Made by a program: the position numbers and the translations under genes. From Lingula anatina (taxonomy: Eukaryota > Animalia > Brachiopoda): a DNA stretch of 64,000 nucleotides. How positions within the stretch are numbered: position 1 is the first letter of the stretch; each line of letters opens with the position of its first letter. This document shows positions 13,025-24,439 of the stretch, piece by piece. The notes under the pieces are model-generated. The model made no database searches, was not told the origin of the DNA, and saw nothing but the letters and a program-made list of their open reading frames with translations. The DNA lies in contig CM120641.1 in NCBI GenBank assembly GCA_051362555.1, positions 17,918,001 through 17,982,000 on the forward strand, in the 5' to 3' direction.

Positions 13025-16000
13025 ATGATGACACCAGGGCGGTTTGTTGTTCTTCATATTCTTGCCATCCTTTGTTTATCCAACGAAGGAAGCACAAGAG
13101 GGCAAATAAGTGGCCACTCACGATGTGGCCATGGAGTGGAGTTTTACTGCGATCCCACGGACCCTACTGGACGACAGTTTCAGATATGTGTTCCAGGCGT
13201 TGCTGTACCCATCAGCATGGCTTGCTTTCACGGAACGGTATGTGTGAAAAGACACGACGTTATATCGTGTATTCTAAAATCCAAAGTTCCGTATCGTAGA
13301 ACAACTGCAGATTATTCGACAGTAGAGCATGCGCTGAAAACAACCACAAGTTTGACGTCTGCAAAATCTGATTCTTCTGGACTGGGTGAAAAAACTACTT
13401 TTACTATCCTGACAACTGACCCAACAACTAATGTACTACCACCAGAGGCTAAGAAATACACGCTTTCAACTTTCATTTCCACGAAGTCGACTGAAAAAGC
13501 AAAAACCTTAAATACTAACTCCTTGGAAACCGTCAATAGCGAAAAAGAAGGAAATGGTTTTGAAGGAGAGAATATTAATGAAGAAACAGAAGAGACGAAC
13601 GAGAAAAAAGTTAGAAAAACTGTTAGGAACAAGGTCTTAGGAAGTGATAAAGCATCAAGTTTGTCAACTATAAGGCCTACCGAAACTAATTCATCTGGAC
13701 TAGGTCAGAAAACAGCTGAACTTACAACAAATGGACCAGAGTCAGGTAAAGAAACTTTGCCAACTTCTGGACGGACAGAAACCATTGCGCCGGATTTAAC
13801 CAAAGAAACTACTCTCACTAAAAGAACAACTCCGACAGGAAAGCCGACAGATATGGGAGCAACAATCAAGTCATCTTCAGAGAATATTGAAAGGACTCCA
13901 GAAACGATTACAAACAGTTATGTTAGTCCCCAAAGAAAAGTAAATCCATCTACTAAACTAACTGATGGTGCACCGGCAACGAAAAAGGAAATCACTATAT
14001 CAGTAATGGATATCAAAACTACATTGCCTCCAGCAAGAAGATTTTCCAGTGCTTCAAGTACCACGAAACTGACAACTCCTACCACGCAACAGCCAGATGC
14101 AGGGATTGAGACAAGTACAAAATACGGCGAAAATGTACACCACCACACTCTGTCTTCCACGCATTCGACTCTCAGTACCACGGGGTCGACTGAAGTGACG
14201 GGAACCTCAAACGGAAAAGAGGGACTCGGGGTAGAGAGAGAAAAGGAAGAAACAGGCGAGAATAACAAGGAAAAAGTTGGCAGAACAGTTACAAACAAGG
14301 TCCTGAAAAGTGACAAAACATCATTGGGCAACGGTCCCTTTGGGAAGATTGGAGAAAGACATTCAAGTTTAGGTAGTTAAAGCTTTTCGTATATATTAAA
14401 TATAATTATGACTAAAACTTATTTTTGATTATTTCCGAACATCACATCAAGGTCAAGGTTAATCAGCATAAATGTTTTGAATACTGTTTTCGTTCAATGG
14501 GTTTAGGTCAAGTGAACTATTTTCACTCCGCGTAATTTTTTTAAGAAGACATAAGAACTGGCTATTCCGAAATAATAAAATCCAACAAATGCTCTCTTTA
14601 AACAAATTGTAGTCAATGGTTTCAATTTTCTACAGAAAATTAACTTTTTTTTTCAGTTCCGAAGACTACCGCAACACCACATAACATACCTACGACTACA
14701 AAATCCTTGGAACATGTCATTTATGGTAAGATATAGTTTAACATAAAATAAGAATTATTGAATTGATTTTTCATAGCGGGTTTTTTTATAAAGTTCTGTA
14801 TGCTTGTTTTAAATGCTTGTTTTAAATAATCTCAAAGTCACATCTTTTTCTAAATATCCTGCAAACCTACTTACCTTTTTTCAATTCAGGCTCTGAAAAC
14901 GATTAAATCTCTCAAATCAAAGATCCTGATTATAATGGTTTTTATGTCAGAAAGACGTTGGCGATCTTAATATGTCATAATTCTTTTAGAACTATTGGTT
15001 TCGTTAGAAATGGCGAAAAAAAAAAAAGAATTCAAGCGCAGGGACAGGAGCGCAACGATTCGTGAATAGGCAAAATTGGTTTGTTTCTCATAAATAACTA
15101 AATTTGGTGTGAAAATCCAATATAGTGTAACTTTAATGACGTACACATCTTTTCAATGCATCCTGCTAAATTTGTATTTAATAACAATGCTATTTTCAGG
15201 GAAATTATCCAAGCCGAATGTGGCACCGTTGCAAACAGGCATTCCAGGAAATCTCCATCGAGAAAGGACTCCATTTTTTGTCTATTTTACGTTCGATGAC
15301 GGCGTGAATAGCGAGAACTCTGCATTTTACAAGTCCCTGTTTTCACAAGACCGAACCAACAGCAACGGGTGTCCTATAGCGGGGGCGCTGTTTGTGTCCG
15401 ATGCCCACACAAATTACCAACGGGTGAAATGGTTCTATGATCATGGTTGGGAAATAGCAGACCATTCAATAACACATCGTACCCCGACTACTTGGTGGAA
15501 GAATCTGGCGACATACAGGGATTTGAAGTTTGAAATAGACGGGATGCGAGATATACTGGCATCAAAGGCCGGCATCCCTGCTAAAGAGATCGCTGGGATG
15601 CGAACACCATTTTTAGCCACCAATCGCCTCCAAATTGATGTTCTTGAAAATGAACACTTCCAGTACGATTCTTCTGCAACCAAATCTGAGCCGTCTTGGC
15701 CGTACCGAGTACGGGGGCATGTCTGGGAAATTCCGCTGAACTTATACTATATGAATTCCCATTTGTGTGGAGCCATGTTGGATACATGTAGGCCAGCAAA
15801 CTTTAAAGAATCTTTTGAGTATATATTTAGTAATTTTAAAAGACACTATGATTCACCAAATCGCGCGCCTTTTGGGATTAACATGCACGCGGCTTGGTTT
15901 TTGCATCCTGCTTGGAGATACAACTACAAGGCCTTGGATAGATTCATTCAAGAGATATTAAAGTTAGATGACGTGTGGATTGTGACTCCCTCTCAGCTTC

Positions 16001-16101
16001 TGAACTGGGTAAAAAATCCCGTCTCTGTAGATAATATGGAAGATCATCCAACGTTTACCTGTCATAGGAAACATCACCGACATGACAACAAAGAGGCATA
16101 A
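13025..16101 (+). CDS. Secreted chitin/polysaccharide deacetylase (CE4, NodB domain) with N-terminal 6-Cys module and Thr/Ser-rich mucin-like stalk, about 772 aa
   Basis: Exons 13025-14372, 14657-14725, 15200-16101; both introns are GT-AG, phase 1, and keep the frame. Signal peptide MMTPGRFVVLHILAILCLS. CE4 motifs TFDDG, HSITH, RTPF, YDSS, GINMHAAWF. AATAAA at about 16164. Confidence 0.88.
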
Positions 16102-18280
16102 ATGGGCAAGTGTTATTCGTTCAAAATAATGCTGCCGTTTTTTATTCTGAGTTGGATTAAACAATAAAGTACAAAATCTTTATATTGGGCTGTTTTTATT
16201 TGAATTATATGTTTTATTATCTTCTTTGCTTTCTTTCTGGTGTATTATAACCACAAAACGCTTCACTTAGATGTAGTCGTTTGGATTTTCCACCACTTTT
16301 TATTTCGAGCCTCTATCACATTCTGCAAATTATCATATAAAGGTAAATTTCATATTCGCATGCACTTTGTATGACACACATACATCACGTTGACACAGCA
16401 TTTCAATCTGTCATCATTAATTAAGTGTGACCTCTTAGCAGGTATTGTCTGGACATTATGAGTATCCTAAGGACCGCCCTCCATTAAGTGGACACCTGCC
16501 AACCGTAGTCAATGGCGTTGCGGATGCAAAGATAATAATGAGTGCCAGTGTCCGCTTAATGTACTAGTGGTAATGGTATTAAAAAAACTTGCAACAACGC
16601 TTCTATATGATTAAAATTGGCGAAATGCTGTTGTGGGGTTATTGTGCTAAGATCACTCTCGACAAAACTTCCGTCGCGTTTTATGTTAGGGACAGGGATA
16701 GAGCCGTTGTTTTGTTACGGGTTGGGGGGCAGGAAAACCATATCAGGGCCTAAACAAGCCCTCTCGCATTCTACCAGCGGAGTATTATGCTGCTGCTCAC
16801 AGTGATACAGTGATACTGAATTGCGCTAGAGAAGACCAAATTTTGTACCAGCTACGTTAAAAATATCGTGGCCATGCATCGTCCTGTGTCGTGTTCGGTA
16901 CTCCAAAAATGTTGGGGAAGGAGGAGCCTCAAAAAGGGACAAACAAGCTCCTCTGGCACTGCAAACCCAGTGGGTTTTGAGTGATGCCAAAAATGCATTG
17001 TTGAAATCATGTTTAGCAAACAGATTCTCTTAATTATTTATTTGTATATAGTATAGGACTTCGTGCCATAGCGGTCATTTATTTATTTTGATATCAGAAG
17101 AGGTTAAAAAATACGTACATTGTTATTGTTGTTTGGAGCATGCGTGCTGTTATTTACTTGAAAAGAAAAGTCACATAAGTTCATAGTAAACAGACCGAGT
17201 TCAAATGGATTTAGGATTAATTGTGGCGTTTTATGGCCGTCAGAAGAGACAGAGACAAATTGACTTATTCTTAAGTGAGTATAACAACGGTTGAAGGATG
17301 CTGTATTTCAGCAGTGATAAACTGATTTGCTTGACTATAATAAGTGAAGTATTTACAGAAAGTACAAAACTTTGCTAAATGTAGAACGTTATATTACTGT
17401 GGTTATGTTTTGGAAAGACAGAAATACCCTCTCGCTGTTTAGAACATTGAGAAAAGGAGGACACCAAAACATAGATGTTGAATTTTGAAACTGTGATTAT
17501 CGCTACCATGTTTATAACTATGCATACATGGAGTATGAATGCCATTTTTATTGTGTGTCCACGATATAATGGCTTTAGAACCAAAAATGTCCTCAGAATT
17601 CAGTAATTGTGTAACTTTAATAAGCTTATAAAAAACATCTATGCAACAAACGTATATGAGTGTTTCAGATTAAGGAATGCGCAGATTTCAAAATGAATGA
17701 AATAGCTCCTGTTACTGTAAATGTAATATAGGCTGGTGGCCTCAGTTTACGAAAAAATGATTATTTAATATTTGTTTAGAATTAATAGAATCGACTTTTT
17801 GAAAGTATCACATGTAATTGGAATTTAAAGCTATTAAAACAATTAGATTTTGATATAAAAAAGGCATCAGGGAAATTTCAAAGAAGACTTTGAGTGACAA
17901 AGAGCATTCCACAACCAGTGCTGAGAAAGGCGTCAACTCAGCGGGTAAAGTTTTCCGGAAAAATCGTCCGTCTCTTTTCGCGTGGGCAAAAGGAAAATTC
18001 AACATCTTTTAAATCTGTCCTTCTTGGAAAAAAGCGCCCTGAGTTTCAGAGCAATGATGGCGGCTCATTTCTACGCAGAATACAATTGTGGCAAGTTAAA
18101 TTACAAAAGAACATAGTTGAAAGTTGGTCTAAATATTCAAACCAAAACGCAATTGTCTAATACAGTTCAGGGCAACTCTCCTCTGTTATACATGTAGTAC
18201 CCAAAGTAAATATTGTTCTTAAATCGCCATTTCCATTTTTTCTTTTCATATAGCAGGCTTAATATCCACGGTAAGTGAAC

Positions 18281-18334
18281 TCCTGGTATATTGGATCAAA
18301 TGACAATATACTCCTGGTATATTGGATCAAATGA
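18281..18334. repeat. Tandem duplication of ctcctggtatattggatcaaatgaca
   Basis: Two consecutive copies, 31-bp period. Confidence 0.85.
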
Positions 18335-19387
18335 CACAATAATTTACGGTATTGATTTAACTACCATCTTTCGTCTAATATAATACTCTTTTAAGAAACT
18401 GGTCTTTTTGTCAGGGATCGTTAACGGCAGCCGTGTCGAGAGCAACCATCGATGGTATTATCACTCAGACTCAGGGTGGCAAGAACCCACAGACACAGAA
18501 AGTTGTTTACTTTGACGCAGTGTAAGCGATAGTCGTCGTAAGTGCAAACAGAGAGAACAGTCGCTGCCTTTCATGGTTTATCAGATTATTCGTTGCAGTA
18601 GCTGCCTTTCGTGTAATATCAGTGTCTTCTTTCGTTGCCAAAGGAGGAGAGTATCTGCACGTACCGATTAGAATGATAAGGACATCGCCGGAGCGCGGAA
18701 GACTTTTAGAAAGAAGAGGGGGGGGGGGGGGGGGGGGGGGGGGGAGGAGAGTCTTACGATAACAAACTTTACTACGTTTTGTTTAGGTCACGTGATATAT
18801 ACAAAAAAGCACTTTTATTCAAATTATTGTGTTAACATAAAACAATTGTAAAACATATAAGAGTAATTCGTTATAAAAAATAAGTTTGTATACAAGTACA
18901 AAAATATATATTTATCAATAATCAATACATCCGAATTAACACAATAAAGCGTCCCTGCAACGACTGTAAAACTATGTCAAATGTGCTTTCGATTATGACT
19001 CAATACATGCTGACAGAATACTGATCTCTAGAAAAGGGGTAAAAGATCACTTTTAGAAAAAAAAGCCATCATAAATTTTAAAAGGAGTAATCAGCAAGTA
19101 ATAAAGGGTGTGATAAACTATTTTTTAAAAAATGAAAAAACAAGATAGAAAAAAAGGAAACATTGTTTGCAAGGTCAGAATAAAAAGTCCCTTTTGTCCA
19201 ACATAGAACTGCTTGTTTTCTTAGCATAAAAACTTGATAAAACCGCAAAAAAGCAATATAATTGTTCCAAATATCATTGTCAAAATATCACTTGGAGTAT
19301 AGGGTGTATAACGTATAAGGTGTAGTTTTCGGATTTGAAAACTTGATATGATTTCCCCTCCTACGTTTTGTTTAGGTCACTTCTCGG

Positions 19388-21509
19388 TCACTTCCCGATC
19401 AAGGGACCCTGCACCATACGCGATATGTGGCACTGTAACCCGCGCAAAATACACACTGTGACGTCTTTCACGGATGCTTTGTCCGGTTTCTGGCCTGTTA
19501 GGGACTCTGCCATAAGTTTTGCAATGCTGACACCAAGATGTGAATTGATCCTGTCGGAATCTTGAGTCCTCTTCAGTTCACATTGAAGAACGAGCAATTT
19601 GCTGTAAAGTACGTGCAGATCTTGATGAATTGTTGAACCGACGTCCTTGGCAGTTTTCTCTGCTTTGGCGATTGCTGCCGTGAACCATGCCAGAGTAACG
19701 TAATGTGATGCTGTGTCGTTCTGTTGACTGTCCTGCAATGATAAGAATTAGGATCCAGTTTTACTTCCTTTGATAGTGAACTTACCGTTGCAATACCACA
19801 ACCTTTATCAAGACAATGTACACTAGTTCTAGCATCCTGAAAAAGTCAGTCACGGTGACTTTTATTTCAGTAATTTATATGCCTTTATTAATAATCACAT
19901 GGAAAATATTCCTCAAGAAAACAAATGGCCCAATAGAATATCCGTTAATAATAAAAATAAAAAATAGCCATTCAAATTTCAGCAATATGAATTGATTGAC
20001 GGATGCATAGGCCTATTACGTAACAGCAAATGATGAGTAATTGTTTTAAGTGTCACTAAATATACCTTCGTGTCACCTGTCGTACAGTCATTTGCAACTT
20101 GGCAAACACCGCCGTCGTTGATCTAAAGATAAAACCGGTATCATTAATATTGCTTTCCTGTGTTGATGTCGTAGGATAAAGTAAAAATTCTTTTTAAAAA
20201 CACGTTTACATTACTTTCCTTAATGGTTAATACAACATGTTCATAGACAACTCCATTAAAACTGATTTTGATTGCGTTTTCAATATTTTCACTAGTTTAT
20301 GTCAAATGTCAACTTCATATTTCCGTCCTTTTAAAGGACTTTTTGTAAACAAGTTTTCTTTAAAGAAAAATTAGGTTTACACTATCGAGAGCTCCCCGCG
20401 TGTTCTCAAATTTGTTCTTTTTTAATAGAATTGGTGCAATCTAAATCCTTAAACTTTAAAAAATAGCATACTTAAGTTACATATTGCCTACAAATCAATC
20501 TTGACGTTTGTCTTGTTGTGACAAAGAGCTTCCCTCTTAAGCTCTACATGTAATACTTAGACCAATCTGATACCCTCTGCTTTGGGAGAAAAACTAATCT
20601 ATGCAAGGATAGTTTGTCTTAAGTTGAAAATTTGTGAAGTCAAAACTGGTGAGAAAATGAATATCTAAAGTACTTACTAAAATTTCATAGACTTTTTGTA
20701 TATGTTCCTTCACCGATTTAATATCGTTTAGTGCTCGATCTCGATCAAAACTCAGTCCTGTTAAAAAGAAGTAGAGTTTTAAAATATGATAATACATGTA
20801 GTAACGGTTATGATAAAAATTACACAGAAATTGATCGTGAAAATGAATTTTATTCCAAATCCATGTTCACACCTCCCAACCCATTTTTGTAAGATGGAAT
20901 TTAACAGGTAATCTTGACGGAATATTGAAAAGAGAATATTGTACCATTTACCAAGTTAAAAATCACAATGAATTATTCATACCAGTTGTGTTGCCGTCAA
21001 CATTGTCACTGCTTCTCCGCGTGACACGCTGGCATGGGCTAAGTGCGTTTTGAACCGTGCTACTTCTGATACTTCTTGTTTGGCTTGGGGTGAAGCACCC
21101 GAGGGACATGCAAATCACCAAAATGCAGTGTAGACCTACTGGAGAAAAGATGCTATGATTCAAATATTGCAATGCATTAAATTCACTTTTGCTGCGATTT
21201 CATAAAGAATTTCCCATCTCTGCTTGTATTTGATTGTATCATTGCCCAGAAAACATTTCTGTTTCGAATGATTTTTTTCTTGTTAACAAGTGATATGAAT
21301 CTCACTTTTGTGTGGGTCACGCTTGAGACGCATTACCCTTTCGACTTCGTTTTACGAAAAAAAAATCCACAAAACAAGTAAGGCTTCTTTACCTTTAGGA
21401 CTCATAAGCATTCTAAGTTTTCAGTTTTGGATATCCTCACTCGTGAATAACATATCTTATAGATTATTATTAATTAGTTAGTGTTAAATGCCTCACCTTT
21501 GCTGCTCAT
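19388..21509 (-). CDS. Secreted 233-aa protein, putative long-chain four-helix cytokine (IL-6/Unpaired-like)
   Basis: Six exons 21509-21497, 21138-20983, 20757-20678, 20122-20066, 19836-19786, 19732-19388, all GT-AG, phases 1,1,0,0,0, give an uninterrupted frame. It has a signal peptide, RVTRR dibasic site, four amphipathic segments and several Cys. The gene model is well supported; the cytokine assignment is inference. Confidence 0.72.
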
Positions 21510-21565
21510 TCTTATTGTTTAAGCTTCAACAAGTTTGACATTGACGTTCAATACATACATTTCAG

Positions 21566-21728
21566 TATATATAACCTACCTTCGCCTGTGGAAGTTTCAG
21601 ACAAATTTCAGGCCTATGTCCAGAAATTTCGATATGGGCTGCCAACTCATGGACAAGTTTCTGAAGAAGTTAAGTTTTCCTGTGCCTACAAATAGCAGTA
21701 CATGACAGCCCGTAGAGCGTGACGTCAC
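21566..21728 (-). promoter_or_regulatory. Promoter of the putative cytokine: TATA box, kB-like sites, STAT-like site, perfect CRE
   Basis: TATATATA at about 21566-21573, GGAAGTTTCA about 21590, AGAAATTTCG about 21622, TTCTGAAGAA (TTC-N4-GAA) 21659, AAGTTTTCC about 21672, GTGACGTCAC 21719-21728. Confidence 0.6.
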
Positions 21729-22051
21729 ATTCCGTCATTCTCTCGTGCTCTCGACTCGTTGTTTCCAACATAACTTCACAAAACAACCTCCGGTCATTCA
21801 GTAGCTTAGTATTTCCTGAGTTTTAAATGGTAATTGCATGGGTCGTATTTTAATGAAAGAATGAATATAAGAAGAATTTTTAAGTTTTACAAACTGGTAT
21901 ATCTCATAATGCACTATTTAAAGTTTCTACATAGAAACGTAGCCCCAGTGCTATGGAAGCCTTTTGGTGTATCATTTAAGATATATATGCACACGAAAAG
22001 TGATATAAAATGTGTAGGCTAACAACTTTAACATTTTCATTGTTCATTTTA

Positions 22052-22092
<41 letters not shown>

Positions 22093-23905
22093 GAAAGTTA
22101 TGACTAATCTATTTTTTTCTTTTTAAATCAGTTCTCCTCGCAAAATAAAAAAATAATGAGTAACTAAAATTGTAAAGAATATAACCCAACATGAGAAGGA
22201 ACACTGTAGTCTATGAATTAATTCCGGCAGTGAAATCGAAGATGACATCGAAACCGCTAAGATGCTACACGATACATTTGGACTGGTCCATCATTTCTTT
22301 GTAAATACTTAACATGATATGAGGAAACGAGATAAGGGATACGACTCACTGATATCACTATTATTGGACGATGGTCTTTCTATCAAATCTATTCCGGTCA
22401 TTCTCTTCAGAGGAGGACAACCGGGTCATCAAATACTCATAGAAAGAAAAGAGACCGCCAGAATACATCGATTTGACATGAATAATTATACTTCCTGGGA
22501 GAGAAAGAGAGAGTTCTGAGGGATCGAGTGTTCTTATTCCGCGCCATTTATAACAGGCAGTCGAGTGGAAGGTCCCTAGGTACGTTTAAGTGCATACCAT
22601 GTGTCATGCCAAATTAGGTACTTCTGCCTAGTTAGGTAGGTCTGGTGATTAACAAAAATGAAAAACAGCAAGTTTTCAATTTTTGCAGGAAAGTTTTAGC
22701 TTTTTTTCAAAACGGATCAAAGTTAATTTAGAAACGAGCACAAATGGGAAGTGAAAAGACGAGGTGCGGCATAAAGATGTTCTTTATGATACGCTAGCGA
22801 AATCGGTCGTGCAATTAGCCAGTTTCACACTGAAAGTATTTTTCGTTAAAATTATAACTTCTGAGTCAACATGCCTTTTTAAATTTTTCAATTTCAAATA
22901 ATTATTTTGGTGTCCCCTTTGAAAATGATTTTAAGCGAAGTTTCATTTTATGTGGAAATTAGCATAAGAATGCACACATAAGAGGTATATATCTAATTTG
23001 GCAGGATACATAGACCAAACTAAGGCCGCCAAAATTCCTTGTCCCAATTGCATACAAAAACGTAACACTAAATCGAGCACATTAAAGATAAACAAAGAAC
23101 CACAAAATTTTATGAATTAACTTTATTTTTCTTAAACTAATGTTTTGGTAACATTTCGTATATACAGGTTAATTGCAGGCCTGGAATGAGATAGCAAAAA
23201 AATTGCATACACGTTATTTGTCTGTGTATTGTTTCATTGTTGTTTCAGCGTCATATTTTTCGCTTTTCCAATTCACAAAATTCCATAAAACTACGTATGC
23301 CTAAAGACGGTAGCAAAAGAAACGAATGACTTGCAGTGCCAAACAACAGTGAAAGAGAAAGGATAAACCTCAAGAAATCATTGAAAAAAATGTCTAGATT
23401 TTGTCATGTAAAATTTAACGATCAATTATGCTTTTCTTAATTATAAACTTATCATTAGACTAATTTTGATACAAAACAGATTTCATGAGAAAAATGAAAA
23501 AAATCCCCTTAGAAAGTGTGAAATAGTTTATGTAATTTCAAAGCTAAAATATTTGAGTTTTTTCCATAATATGATCTATTAATCATCACAACTCATTTTA
23601 ATATCAGTATCCATTCTTACACTTTTCACTAACTCATTTCCTAATTTGTCTGGTGACATTCACTCATGTCCAAAGAAAAACGATACTAGGATCTTAACCC
23701 TTTGTATACCACATATATATATATAATGTTCATCAGACCTATGATAATCAGCCGATTGCTCCAGTGCCACTGAACTTAAGGCCTTTTCAAACCATGTGTT
23801 ATATATGTAATATATCATAGCGATACAGCTGTACTGGTAAGTTTTTAGAGACTGACAACTTAATAGCCGGGCTATAACATAAGAGAATCACCCAAGCGAT
23901 CGCGA

Positions 23906-23906
<1 letters not shown>

Positions 23907-23947
<41 letters not shown>
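23907..23947. repeat. (CA)n microsatellite
   Basis: Direct reading. Confidence 0.95.
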
Positions 23948-23949
<2 letters not shown>

Positions 23950-24439
23950 CATTTTCTTATTTCAGCTTGGTGATATCTCTTGACCTCGCATTGATCAATC
24001 AGCACATCAAGTATACATCAATCAACAATAGTGTCTATGTCTTTCACTTATACCTCATGCGGTGAATAGTATACCCCCAGGACACTGATAACCAAAATAA
24101 ATAAATATATAAATATATAAATAAATGTTCACTAAATTCTGTTGTGGTTTGCCATGCATAGTTCAAATACCAGACTAAACAGTTCTAAATGTTCCAGCTG
24201 AACCAGAAGAGCAGCTTCTAATGGCAGCTGCTTTAAATACTAAACCTTTCAACTGCTGTAGGGAAAGAAAAATGATTATTCACGTTCATAAGTCAAGCAG
24301 GTTCACAAAATTTTGAATGTTTACACCACAAGCATATCTGCTGATTTATATAAAATACCCATTACTCAATTTACTGTCTTCAACTTTCTGAAGCTCTTGC
24401 AGGAAAACACTGACTGTATCCAGACTCAATTACCATCCT

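Noticed and set aside
13312-14331. Antisense hydrophobic ORFs
   Set aside because: Shadow frames of the Thr/Glu/Lys-rich exon.
12986-14380. 464-aa ORF as a stand-alone mucin gene
   Set aside because: A donor at 14372/14373 just before the stop joins it in frame to the deacetylase exons; the true start is likely the ATG at 13025.
17808-18720. GC-richer stretch with an 88-aa ORF
   Set aside because: No recognisable domain, consistent splice pattern or terminal repeats; possibly decayed TE or enhancer sequence.
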